Virus record (IMG/VR): IMGVR_UViG_3300042401_002002
Strand: one strand, 5' to 3'
From: a virus
Taxonomy: Duplodnaviria; Heunggongvirae; Uroviricota; Caudoviricetes
Length of the DNA: 64,000 nucleotides
Under the pieces are notes generated by a model that did not search any database, was not told where the DNA came from, and worked only from the letters and a program-made list of their open reading frames with translations. A program made the translations under genes and the position numbers. Below, in pieces: positions 19,085-28,729 of the stretch; positions within the stretch are counted from its first letter, which is position 1, and each line of letters starts with the position of its first letter.

Positions 19085-20905
19085 TTAGTTTCTAAATTTT
19101 TTAGCGTAAAGTTTCATTAAGTCACTAATTACACTACCGTTATCATTTGCGTTATCAATAAAGTCCTCACCATCAATTACTTTGGAGATAACTTTTTGTT
19201 TTTCAGTTATCATGTCATAAACATACTCATCAATTGAATCTTTTACAATTAAAATCCACGCATTTACTTGGTTTGTTTGTCCTATACGGTCCAATCTACC
19301 TATTGCTTGAGATAATATTGCAGGAACATAGGGGATTGTATTAGCTATAATATTGCTACTTTTTGTTAAAGTTATACCAGCATTACCAGCACCAAAACTA
19401 ATAAACAAATTCTGTAATTCATTACTATCTTGTTGGAATTTATCAACTAATTCTTGTCTAATATAAGAATCAGTTTCACCAATATACAACTCACTATTGT
19501 TTTTGAAGTTTTCGTGAATTTTTTTTAATGGGTTTTTATATTCATCAAACAAAATAACCTTTTCTCCCTCATTGTTTAGTTCGGTAATTAAATCAGTTGA
19601 GTAGTCAAGTTTAATTGATGCTGTATACTGTCTTAATTCATTCATAACACCCATTACACTTACTTGTTTTTGGTTTTCTAAACCTTTGATTGATTTATCT
19701 TCTTGCCAGTCAATCTTAGCAAAACCATTTTCAATATTTTGATAGGTTTTAAGTTGTTCATCACTCATTTCAAGGTAAACTTTTTGAATGTTAAGTGGTG
19801 GAAGGTCTTTAAGGTACTCTGATTTTTTTAATCGAATCATTAAACCTTCTAACTTATCATGCAATTTTTCATAATCAGGTGTTGATATTTGAGACCAACC
19901 ACTAAATGATGAACTGTCGTATTTCATACCACACCACTCAGTAAAAAACTTACTTTTGCTTGTGAATTCTAATGGTGATAATAAATGAAGGTTAACAAAT
20001 AAATCAGTTATTGCATTTTGTTGTGGTGTTGCACTAAGTAAAGAAACTTTATTACCTATAATAGGTCTAATATGTTTAAGTAAATTTTTAACCATATTAG
20101 CTTGTGGATTCTTAATTGTATGCGCTTCATCACATATTAACATATCAAACTGTGTTAATCCGTGTTTAGCGAACCTTTCTTTGAAATTGAATGTACCTGA
20201 TTTAAAATAATCGTAATTACAAATAATATATTTAGATTCTGAAATAGAATTTTTATTATTCTTTTTCATTTTAGCTGGTGTTGTTTCTAATACAAAAGCT
20301 TTTTGTTTTGTAAATTTAGTTACTTCATTAACCCAGTTAAATTTTAAGTTATTTGGTACAACAACCAACACTTTTTTAACTGAATCTTCATACATTTCAC
20401 ATTGTAATAATGTAATTAAGGTTTTACCTAAACCTAAGTCAGCAGCAATTAAAATCTTTTCAACCTCATGCGCAAAAATAGCGGCAGCTACTTGATATCT
20501 ATAAGGTGTAATACCTGGATTTAAATATTTACTATAATCAAATTCAATTTTATCTAAAGCTAATAAATCTTTCTTTCTTTGTATAGCTTTAGTTTGTTTT
20601 GCTAATGAAACTTTTAACTCTTCTTGTTTTTTATTATGTTCAGATAGTTTCTTTTTATATTTTTTAATGAAATTGTCACGTTCACCTTCTTGGTGAAAAT
20701 TGAAAAATATTTTATCATCACCTTTGTAAGAAAGGATAACTTGATATAAAGAAAAAATATCAAGAACCCAACATTTTTTTGCTGAATCCCATTCTCTTTT
20801 TTCTAAAGATTTAATTTTTGTTATTAAATCTACATTATATAAAAATGACAAACTATAACTATCTCTTTTGAATTTAGTTATGTCTACTACTAATTTATTT
20901 TCCAC
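19085..20905 (-). CDS. SNF2-family helicase with N-terminal HARP-like domain
   Basis: DLGLGKT, ICDEAH, LSATP, GITLT, QAIGRLDRIGQ; N-terminal F.YN..LI..IK.L..R.WD...K.W. Confidence 0.9.
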   Translation of the reverse strand: MENKLVVDITKFKRDSYSLSFLYNVDLITKIKSLEKREWDSAKKCWVLDIFSLYQVILSYKGDDKIFFNFHQEGERDNFIKKYKKKLSEHNKKQEELKVSLAKQTKAIQRKKDLLALDKIEFDYSKYLNPGITPYRYQVAAAIFAHEVEKILIAADLGLGKTLITLLQCEMYEDSVKKVLVVVPNNLKFNWVNEVTKFTKQKAFVLETTPAKMKKNNKNSISESKYIICNYDYFKSGTFNFKERFAKHGLTQFDMLICDEAHTIKNPQANMVKNLLKHIRPIIGNKVSLLSATPQQNAITDLFVNLHLLSPLEFTSKSKFFTEWCGMKYDSSSFSGWSQISTPDYEKLHDKLEGLMIRLKKSEYLKDLPPLNIQKVYLEMSDEQLKTYQNIENGFAKIDWQEDKSIKGLENQKQVSVMGVMNELRQYTASIKLDYSTDLITELNNEGEKVILFDEYKNPLKKIHENFKNNSELYIGETDSYIRQELVDKFQQDSNELQNLFISFGAGNAGITLTKSSNIIANTIPYVPAILSQAIGRLDRIGQTNQVNAWILIVKDSIDEYVYDMITEKQKVISKVIDGEDFIDNANDNGSVISDLMKLYAKKFRN

Positions 20906-21056
20906 TGTATAAAAATTTACTGTTTACAATTTAGAAAAAATAAATTAAATAAACAAATAAAATGTTGGTTATTTTGTAAAAATATTTTAATTTTCTTGTT
21001 TATGTTTACTTGAAATTATAACAATTATTTGTAACAGTTACTTGCAACAGTTACTT

Positions 21057-21189
21057 GTAACTAACGTAGCGGTGCTTGTGAAAGTTGGTTTCACTAAAGT
21101 TTAATAGAATCACAATGTTTGTGTTTATCACTAAACTGTCCACGAAGTACAATGACCAACTTTCATAAGCACAGTGTTACCAAATGTTT
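21057..21189 (-). other. attC-like recombination hairpin (distal)
   Basis: Minus strand: TTTGGTAAC-act-GTGCTTATGAAAGTTGGT...ACCAACTTTCACAAGCAC-cgctac-GTTAGTTAC (17/18 arm match), right after a stop codon. Confidence 0.75.
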
Positions 21190-21639
21190 TTATTGTTGTT
21201 GAAAATGTTGTTTATAATATTTAGCTGAATTTTGAAAAGCGGTTAATCCACCTTCATGTTTGTTTTTATATTTATTTACCATGTTGATTATTTCAGCATT
21301 TAATTTAGTCTTGAATGTTTGTCTAGGTACTTTACATTTATAAAAATTAAAACACGCATCATCATATTTCGATAATATTCTTTCTATTTTAGCGTTTAAT
21401 AAGATACTGTCAATTGTATCTTTACTATACAATTCTTCTAATTCAATTTTACTTTTTTCAATATCATCAATTATTTTGTCTAGTTTATTGTTTTTGTTTT
21501 TAAAATATGTTTGAATAAACGGTATTATGATAACTAAAATAGAGATAACAGCAATAATCCAAAATTTAATTTCAGTTTCGTTATTTGATTCTTTTAATTT
21601 AACTATTTCATTAAAAGCTATTCTTAAACTATCTTTCAT
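21190..21639 (-). CDS. cassette gene 2: single-TM membrane protein
   Basis: 149 aa from MKDSLR; TM segment FWIIAVISILVIIIPFI. Confidence 0.65.
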   Translation of the reverse strand: MKDSLRIAFNEIVKLKESNNETEIKFWIIAVISILVIIIPFIQTYFKNKNNKLDKIIDDIEKSKIELEELYSKDTIDSILLNAKIERILSKYDDACFNFYKCKVPRQTFKTKLNAEIINMVNKYKNKHEGGLTAFQNSAKYYKQHFQQQ

Positions 21640-21892
21640 TGTTGTTACGTTTTTCAAGTTCATCTAATAATTTAATAAAATCTGTATTATCATATCCTTC
21701 GTTTATATTATTAAACTTTTCACGAATTTTATTTATAATTTTAATCTTGTCTTTCAGTGTTATATTTTTACCACTATTGACATAAGTTAATTTATTTATT
21801 TTATTGTCTAGGGATTCAACAACAAGTGGGTTATTTTTTTGTTGTAATAAATACTTATAATAATCTTCACTTAAATTTTCAATACTAGCCAT
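21629..21892 (-). CDS. cassette gene 1: small hypothetical protein
   Basis: 87 aa from MASIEN; also in frame with an upstream ATG (21982) inside the hairpin. Confidence 0.6.
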   Translation of the reverse strand: MASIENLSEDYYKYLLQQKNNPLVVESLDNKINKLTYVNSGKNITLKDKIKIINKIREKFNNINEGYDNTDFIKLLDELEKRNNNER

Positions 21893-21921
21893 AATTTTAT
21901 TTATTTCTATTTCTGTCTTTA

Positions 21922-22063
21922 AAATATTTGGTAACATTAAATATTTGCGAAGGTGGGTTATTAAAGATTGAATAAAGTTCATAATTTAGGTTTTAAAGTT
22001 AATTAAGATTGAAGAACAAATATATGAATAAAAACCCACTTTTGCAAATATTTTGTTAGTTAT
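21922..22063 (-). other. attC-like recombination hairpin (proximal) containing a Bacteroidota-type promoter
   Basis: ATAACTAAC-a-AAATATTTGCAAAAGTGGGTT...AACCCACCTTCGCAAATATTT-aat-GTTACCAAA (19/21 arm match); TTTG(22045-48)-20 nt-TATATTTG(22017-24). Confidence 0.75.
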
Positions 22064-22083
22064 AAATAACTGTTATAAGTTTG

Positions 22084-22596
22084 TTATTTTGTAAAAATAA
22101 GTAAATAATTTAAACCTAAATTATTTAATGGGATTACATTAGAATAATTACCTATACATAATACATATTCATAACTAATTTTAAACTTGTATTCTTCTTC
22201 TATATAATATTTTAGTTTCATCTTTTAAATATTATTAAATGTCCTGAATGAGTTTTAATAGTTACAACATTGTCTTTTATTTTATTTTCTATCTTTTTAT
22301 AAATCAAACCTTCACTAAATGTAAAGATAGAACTAGTTAAATTTCCAATTTTTAATTTCATCTTTTAAATAATTTAAGGTCGTTTAATAAATAATTGTAA
22401 GATTTTGTTACATCTTCATCTATAATTAAATTATAAATACCACCTTCGGTAAATTTCCAACTTGATATTAAATCAGATATAAGAAGTTTCATCTTTTAAA
22501 TGTTAATAATTTGTTATTTAATGTATTAGCTGATAAAAGTAATTGAAAAATAACCTTATCAAATATTATGTGGTTACTGGCTCTTTTAAGTTTCAT
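22084..22596 (-). repeat. MKL micro-ORF array 3 (4 units)
   Basis: 22489-22596 MKLKRASNHIIFDKVIFQLLLSANTLNNKLLTFKR; 22358-22492 MKLLISDLISSWKFTEGGIY...NDLKLFKR; 22218-22361 MKLKIGNLTSSIFTFSEGLIY...GHLIIFKR; 22084-22221 MKLKYYIEEEY...NYLLIFTK. Confidence 0.88.
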
Positions 22597-22597
22597 A

Positions 22598-23287
22598 CTA
22601 TTCAGTTTCCCTTTCTATATGAAAATCTAAACCTATTTTAGAAAATTCACTATTTCTAGTTGATTGATTATTGTTACTTTTAAAATAATCATTATCATTT
22701 GGTAAAATATTTGCAGGTCTCATCCCGTAATATTCTTCATCACTTAACCCATCATCATCCGGTTCAATTTGAATAAATTGTGGTTGTTCAACAAATTCTT
22801 TGTTTTTAAATGATTTTAAGAACTCACTAGCATCAATACCAGCAAATTCTTCTTCTTCATTAATTGGTTCATTGTTAATTATTAATGGTGTTGTATTTTC
22901 AAATTCAATAAATTCATCATTATCTTTGATTTTTAGTGAATTATTTTTTATTTTTTCAAGCTTTTCCTCTAATAATTGTTGTTCTTTTATTCTTTTTTCT
23001 TCTATTTTCTTTTCAATGTTCTCACGTTTAATATTTGTGTTAATATTATCTTTTAAATAAGTTAATAAATAATCAATAGTTGTATCAATGTTTATTGGTT
23101 TTATTAATAAACTATTAGCGTTATTTGTTTGTGAGTATTTTTCAATAATAATATGTTCATCTTTTTTTAATTTCCAATTTATAGGTATTAAAGCTTTTAA
23201 TTGAAAACAAAATATATCATTATTAATTTCAATAGAAATTAAATGTGGTCGTAATTCGTTTAATATTTTTTGAATTTGTTGTTTCAT
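22598..23287 (-). CDS. hypothetical protein
   Basis: Coiled-coil/acidic ORF; start taken at MKQQIQ. Confidence 0.6.
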   Translation of the reverse strand: MKQQIQKILNELRPHLISIEINNDIFCFQLKALIPINWKLKKDEHIIIEKYSQTNNANSLLIKPINIDTTIDYLLTYLKDNINTNIKRENIEKKIEEKRIKEQQLLEEKLEKIKNNSLKIKDNDEFIEFENTTPLIINNEPINEEEEFAGIDASEFLKSFKNKEFVEQPQFIQIEPDDDGLSDEEYYGMRPANILPNDNDYFKSNNNQSTRNSEFSKIGLDFHIERETE

Positions 23288-23401
23288 TTTTATTTCTTTT
23301 TGATATAATACTATTGATGTATTTGGTGCCATATTGTTTTTATTTCAGTAAACGCAATGTAGTTAAAATTATTTACATTTCCAAATTTTTTATAATAAAA
23401 A

Positions 23402-23430
23402 ATCCCAAGTTGTTGTCGCAACTTGGGACT
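23402..23430 (-). terminator. intrinsic terminator
   Basis: CCCAAGTTG...CAACTTGGG hairpin followed by a T-run on the minus strand. Confidence 0.65.
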
Positions 23431-23465
23431 AAACATTATTTTATGAAAAATACAATTTAAAAAAA

Positions 23466-23858
23466 TTAATCTTCAATATCATCAGAATCGTCAGATAAAG
23501 CATCAATCATTAATTTTTTGTGCTTCTCTTTTTCGTAATCTTCTAATGACTTCATGTATATCATTACTCGGTCAACTGTATGAGCATAAATGATAATCAC
23601 TGATTGTTCTTTTTCAAGAATGATGCGAACATCTTCGCCATCCTCACCTTGTTTTACAACCTCGCACCATTTTTTGTACTCTACCATATCGTCATCAGTT
23701 ACCTCAGGGTATCTGTTTGCAATTTGGTCCTCTAAAAGATGGATAAAGAAGTCTTTGAATGTTCTGAAATCAATACCATGAATTGGGTCACTTGGTAGGA
23801 TTTCATGTTTGAACTCTAACTTCTCTGGTTGGTTGTCTAACTTTACTTTTTCTGACAT
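23466..23858 (-). CDS. hypothetical acidic protein
   Basis: 130 aa; TACATTTG box upstream. Confidence 0.65.
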   Translation of the reverse strand: MSEKVKLDNQPEKLEFKHEILPSDPIHGIDFRTFKDFFIHLLEDQIANRYPEVTDDDMVEYKKWCEVVKQGEDGEDVRIILEKEQSVIIIYAHTVDRVMIYMKSLEDYEKEKHKKLMIDALSDDSDDIED

Positions 23859-23953
23859 TTTGTTGTGATTTTAAGGTTTACATTTAAACAAAGAACCGTT
23901 CTTTGCTTTCGATGTTACAAATGTAGTATAAAAATTTTACATACAAAATTATT

Positions 23954-25081
23954 TTAAGAAATATTTTTATTTATTTTTATATCTTCTATAGTTTTTAATG
24001 CTGAACCGTAAACTTGATGCATGTCATAATACTTATAATCAGCCAATCTACCACCAAAAATAACATTTTTTAAATTTTTTGTTAGTTCTTTGTAATCTGA
24101 AAATAATTTATTATTTTTTTCATCATTAACAGGGTAATATGGTGTTTTTGTTTTATCAAAAGTATCAGGTGTTTCATAAGTCACATAACTTATGCTGTTA
24201 TCTTTGTTTTTATTGTTTAATTCAAAGTGTTTATGTTCAGTTGTTCTAGTGTAAGGAATGTCTTCAGATGTGTGATTAATAACTGAAACACCCTGGAAAT
24301 CACTAGTATTCATTTTAACTGTATCAAACTTTAGTGTTCTGTATTCTAATTCACCATAACAATAATTGAAATATTCATCTATCTTACCTGTGTAAATTAC
24401 TGTTTCAGCTAAATTATCAAAATATTCTTTATTGTTAAAATAATTAGTATTTAATCTAACTTCAATATTATTTAATAAATTTTTAAATAACTCTGTATAA
24501 CCACCTTTAGGTATACCTTGGTATTTATCAAAAAAATATGAATCATTAAAATTTGTTCTTATGGGAATTCTTTTAATAATGGACATAGGTAGTTCTTTAG
24601 GTTCCCTTCCCCATTGTTTTTTTGTGTAACCATAAATAAATGTTTTATAAATATCTTCACCAACTAAAGATAATACATATTCTTCTAGGTTTTTAGGATT
24701 AGGTATATTAGATTTTACAGATTCTAATTTATCAATAGCTTCTTTTGGTGTTTTAACATTGTACATTTGATATAATGTTAATAAATTAATCGGAAATGAA
24801 TAAAATTTGTCATTATACGATACAATAGGTTTGTAGTTATACGGTAAAAATTCTACATAATTATTTATATCGTCCCATATTTTTTTACTATCAGTATGAA
24901 AAATGTGTGGACCATATTTATGTATATGTATATCATCTTTGGTTTCGGTATAACAGTTACCTGCTATGTGTTCTCTTTGGTCAATAACTAGGCATTTAAA
25001 ACCTAGGTCAGTAAGTTTTCTAGCACATACAGCACCAAACATACCTGACCCAACTATTAGATAATCGTATTGTTTTTTCAT
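23954..25081 (-). CDS. glf: UDP-galactopyranose mutase
   Basis: IVGSGMFG, HKYGPHIFHT, YQGIP, YTRTTEHKHF, PYYP, GGRLADYKYYDMHQ. Confidence 0.95.
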   Translation of the reverse strand: MKKQYDYLIVGSGMFGAVCARKLTDLGFKCLVIDQREHIAGNCYTETKDDIHIHKYGPHIFHTDSKKIWDDINNYVEFLPYNYKPIVSYNDKFYSFPINLLTLYQMYNVKTPKEAIDKLESVKSNIPNPKNLEEYVLSLVGEDIYKTFIYGYTKKQWGREPKELPMSIIKRIPIRTNFNDSYFFDKYQGIPKGGYTELFKNLLNNIEVRLNTNYFNNKEYFDNLAETVIYTGKIDEYFNYCYGELEYRTLKFDTVKMNTSDFQGVSVINHTSEDIPYTRTTEHKHFELNNKNKDNSISYVTYETPDTFDKTKTPYYPVNDEKNNKLFSDYKELTKNLKNVIFGGRLADYKYYDMHQVYGSALKTIEDIKINKNIS

Positions 25082-25734
25082 TCTTTAATAATTAATATAC
25101 CAATACCCATAATGTTGTAATTATTAGGGTGTTCAGTGAATTCTAAATATTTGTAGTTTTGTTTGATTTCATCCCAAAATGTAACAACACCGCCATTTTC
25201 ACATTTTTCTTTTATATACATGTCATTAATATCATGAAACACACAGTATTTTGATTTTATACCAACATTATAAAAATCATTTTTAACATAACTATAGTCA
25301 TGATTACCATCAATAAAAACTAAATCGTAGTTATTATTTTTTATTATTGGGTCATCACTTGTTGTTGTTATTTTATTTACATTAAATGTCTCTATTAATT
25401 CATTATTAATAAAATTAAAAGGGTCTATTGTGGTAGTTTCAATATTTTTATTATTTTTTTCCAATATAGTTTTAATTAAAACATGTGTATAACCATTATA
25501 TGTCCCGATATCTAAATAATTATGTATTATTTTATTAGATAAAAATTTTAAAAGATTATTTATTTGAGACGGTATTTGCCACATACCGTCAGTGTCTTTA
25601 TTTTTTAACATATAAATAATATCATCACCATATAAATCACGTTCATCGTAAGCTAGACCTATTTTATGTATTATTTCTAAATAATCATCTGAATTGTGAT
25701 TATTTATTAAATTTTTTATTTCTATATAATTCAT
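25078..25734 (-). CDS. class I SAM-dependent methyltransferase (Methyltransf_24-like)
   Basis: YLDIGTYNG, DLVFIDGNHDYSYVKND, FHDI. Confidence 0.85.
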   Translation of the reverse strand: MNYIEIKNLINNHNSDDYLEIIHKIGLAYDERDLYGDDIIYMLKNKDTDGMWQIPSQINNLLKFLSNKIIHNYLDIGTYNGYTHVLIKTILEKNNKNIETTTIDPFNFINNELIETFNVNKITTTSDDPIIKNNNYDLVFIDGNHDYSYVKNDFYNVGIKSKYCVFHDINDMYIKEKCENGGVVTFWDEIKQNYKYLEFTEHPNNYNIMGIGILIIKE

Positions 25735-26543
25735 AGTATTTCTCTATATTTGTTAACAAAATTATTATTGTCAACGATTTCTCTTTGTGTAAAAAAAGCG
25801 TAATGTGAAAATATTTTTTCACCAAAAATAATATTAGGTTTATTAATCATTTTTGGTTTATCTACTGATAACCATTGTTCTTCATCAGACCCTACTTCAC
25901 CATTAAAATTACTAAATTCTGAACCTAACCATGAAATAACATTTATTGAAACCCTTTGATATTCAGATAATATCCATTTTTTAAATTTATATTTATCTGT
26001 ATCGTTATTATTTAAATCGGTTATAAATTTTTCATGTACAAATGACGCAAAATTGCCATCTACCCATCCCATTGCTGGTACCCCATGTTCTTGCCAACAA
26101 GCATATTGGTTTAAACCAAAAGGTTGTGTTGGTATAGCACCTATTCTTTGGTGAATGTGTGTGATAACTGAGTTATTTATGATATTACCATATACCAAAA
26201 AATATTCAGGATTGTTAATTCTAAAATTAAATATTTCCTTTATAGCGTCATTTTCAATATAAACTATATCATCATCTAACCTTAAATATGCTGTCTCGTT
26301 GTCAGTATATTCTTTAAAGAACTTGCAAATTGATAAATTACCATTAATTGGTTCATTTATTTTCACTGTTTTAACCCATTCAATTTCAGATTCCAATTTT
26401 AACATATAGTTAATATCTTCTTCGTTTGTTGTATTAACCCATAAATGATATTCATCAAAATCATTTTTTTGTTTTTTTAGATATTCAATTAATATTTCTA
26501 AATATCTTTTTCTACCTGCTGGTGTTACTATTATTTTTTTCAT
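25731..26543 (-). CDS. putative GT-A glycosyltransferase
   Basis: AGRKRYL, YLRLDDDIVYI (DxD). Confidence 0.65.
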   Translation of the reverse strand: MKKIIVTPAGRKRYLEILIEYLKKQKNDFDEYHLWVNTTNEEDINYMLKLESEIEWVKTVKINEPINGNLSICKFFKEYTDNETAYLRLDDDIVYIENDAIKEIFNFRINNPEYFLVYGNIINNSVITHIHQRIGAIPTQPFGLNQYACWQEHGVPAMGWVDGNFASFVHEKFITDLNNNDTDKYKFKKWILSEYQRVSINVISWLGSEFSNFNGEVGSDEEQWLSVDKPKMINKPNIIFGEKIFSHYAFFTQREIVDNNNFVNKYREIL

Positions 26544-26551
26544 TATTTTTA

Positions 26552-27193
26552 TTAAGGTTTATTCGTCCAGTTTGTAAAGCTTTGTCCCCAATTAGCTTTA
26601 TATTTTTTTACACCTATATGTTTATAATTTTCAATTTTTCTAATAACACCATTATAAACGGTGTCAAAATTAAACCATTCAACATTGTCATACAAAAAAT
26701 GTGTACTGTTTGTTGATTTAAAAATAAAACCTTCATAATCAACAGCTTTTATTTTTGTGCAATTTATTAATTTTTTTAATTCATTTTTAAATTTATATAA
26801 AATGTCTGATTTATATAAACCTATATTACATATACCAATATGTTGTTTTGTTAAATATATAGAATCAATATTTTTGTCAATATAATTGATATTTTTTAAT
26901 AATTCTTCTTTAAAATAGCTTTCAACTTCACAAGTATCATGTAAATAAAAATAATAATCACATGGTATAGGGTTTTCAGATAATTCTATTAAAGCTGTGT
27001 AGTCAAAAGAATTATGTGTAATGTAGTTGTATGTTATATTGTGTTCAATTTTAGTATAATTATAATCTGAACCACCAATATAAATAATTATATCATTATT
27101 GTTTATACCTGATATATTTAATGAATTAATCAATAAAGGTAATGTTATATTGTGATATTCTATATAACTGTTAATTATGTATTTTATTTCCAT
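26552..27193 (-). CDS. putative glycosyltransferase-like protein
   Basis: YFYLHDT motif, cluster context. Confidence 0.5.
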   Translation of the reverse strand: MEIKYIINSYIEYHNITLPLLINSLNISGINNNDIIIYIGGSDYNYTKIEHNITYNYITHNSFDYTALIELSENPIPCDYYFYLHDTCEVESYFKEELLKNINYIDKNIDSIYLTKQHIGICNIGLYKSDILYKFKNELKKLINCTKIKAVDYEGFIFKSTNSTHFLYDNVEWFNFDTVYNGVIRKIENYKHIGVKKYKANWGQSFTNWTNKP

Positions 27194-27197
27194 ATTA

Positions 27198-27884
27198 TTA
27201 ATTTATATGTCTTCCCCAACCTATGTGTTCAACATGTTTTTCTGTTAATATTACTGACCTGAATCCTAACTCTTTATATTTTATACCTGCTTCAGCTTCA
27301 AAATCTATGTAAACACCTGAATTAATTATTTTAATGTCAACTAATCCAAAATAAGGTTTTATTAAGTTATAGTCAGATAATCTTCTTAAACCAGGGTTAA
27401 AACTAAAACCGTGCCAGACATTTAAGTAACCCAATGATAAAAGTCTATAATTAACACCGTTAGCATTAAAAATTTCGTCTTCAACTGGGTGACCATTTGT
27501 ATCATGTAAATTTCTTAACCAAACATTCACTATTTTAGTATCATTTTCTAGTATTTCTAAACTTTTTTCAATAAATGATTCTTTAGTAAAGAACCAATCT
27601 TCTTCACAATGAAATATGTATTCAGTATTTATTTTTGAATACATTTTATCTATTGATTTTATTTGTCCTAATTTAAGTTCATTTTCAATCCATTCAACAT
27701 TATATTTTTTATATTTTTCTTTTAAATGATTATTTATACCTAATATATTACTATCTTCTATAATAATATATTTTGTTATGGGGTAAGTGTTTTTTTCAAA
27801 AAAACTGTCCATAGTTTTTTCTAATAAATCAGGTCTCCCACATGATGTTAGTGCAAATGTTATTTGTTTATTTTGAGTTATCAT
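27198..27884 (-). CDS. GT2 glycosyltransferase
   Basis: LTSCGRPDLL, FHCEEDW, FSFNPGLRR, HIGWGR. Confidence 0.8.
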   Translation of the reverse strand: MITQNKQITFALTSCGRPDLLEKTMDSFFEKNTYPITKYIIIEDSNILGINNHLKEKYKKYNVEWIENELKLGQIKSIDKMYSKINTEYIFHCEEDWFFTKESFIEKSLEILENDTKIVNVWLRNLHDTNGHPVEDEIFNANGVNYRLLSLGYLNVWHGFSFNPGLRRLSDYNLIKPYFGLVDIKIINSGVYIDFEAEAGIKYKELGFRSVILTEKHVEHIGWGRHIN

Positions 27885-28729
27885 AATTCTTTTAAAAATT
27901 CTTTAGCAATATTTTCTTCATTACTATATTTTTGTTTATTTGATAATGATGAATGTCCATTACCGTTATTACTAAAATATGCATGTTTTGCATATTTTTT
28001 TAAATCTAAATTTTTAAATGTGTAACCTAAATTAAACATTTCTTTAAACCATTCTGTAGCTGTATCTAATTTACATGACCCAAAAGGTATTACATTTTTA
28101 TTATAAATAACTTCTTTGTTATTTATTTCATTATTTATTAAACAAAACCATTCATTTAATCTACATTCTGGTAATGGAAATGGTTTATTTTTATCAACAA
28201 TATGGTGAGGTCTTGCTGGTTTGTGTATATTAAATGTTTGAATTATTTCACCGTAATTATAATTAAAATCATTGAATTTTTCACTATTACATTTATTTGC
28301 ATAAAACATAGGACAGTTCCAACATTGCCCTATTTCACTAACACCTAAATTGTTTTCAATATTTTCTAGCATGTGTTTTATGATATTGTTTTTATATAAA
28401 ACATCATTATGTGTTATAAATACAAACTTCTTGTCAGACTTTTCAAAACCATATTGGTAACGCATTGATAATCTATATTCTTCATCAATAAAACATCTTT
28501 GTTTGTCAGTTTGGTTAATAAAATTAAAATATTTAGGTTTGTAATGTATTATATTATCAAACTCATTTAATATTAGATTAATATCAAAAACTTCTGGTTG
28601 ATTTGGTTCTTCTTGTAAATAAATTTTATCAATATAGTCACCAGAATGTTTCATTAAAGATTTTAAAGTGACCAAAGTTTGATATGGTTTACCATAAACA
28701 TTTATAATAACATCAACTTTCTGTTCCAT
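27881..28729 (-). CDS. putative GT-A glycosyltransferase
   Basis: DVIINVYGKP, VFITHNDV. Confidence 0.6.
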   Translation of the reverse strand: MEQKVDVIINVYGKPYQTLVTLKSLMKHSGDYIDKIYLQEEPNQPEVFDINLILNEFDNIIHYKPKYFNFINQTDKQRCFIDEEYRLSMRYQYGFEKSDKKFVFITHNDVLYKNNIIKHMLENIENNLGVSEIGQCWNCPMFYANKCNSEKFNDFNYNYGEIIQTFNIHKPARPHHIVDKNKPFPLPECRLNEWFCLINNEINNKEVIYNKNVIPFGSCKLDTATEWFKEMFNLGYTFKNLDLKKYAKHAYFSNNGNGHSSLSNKQKYSNEENIAKEFLKEL

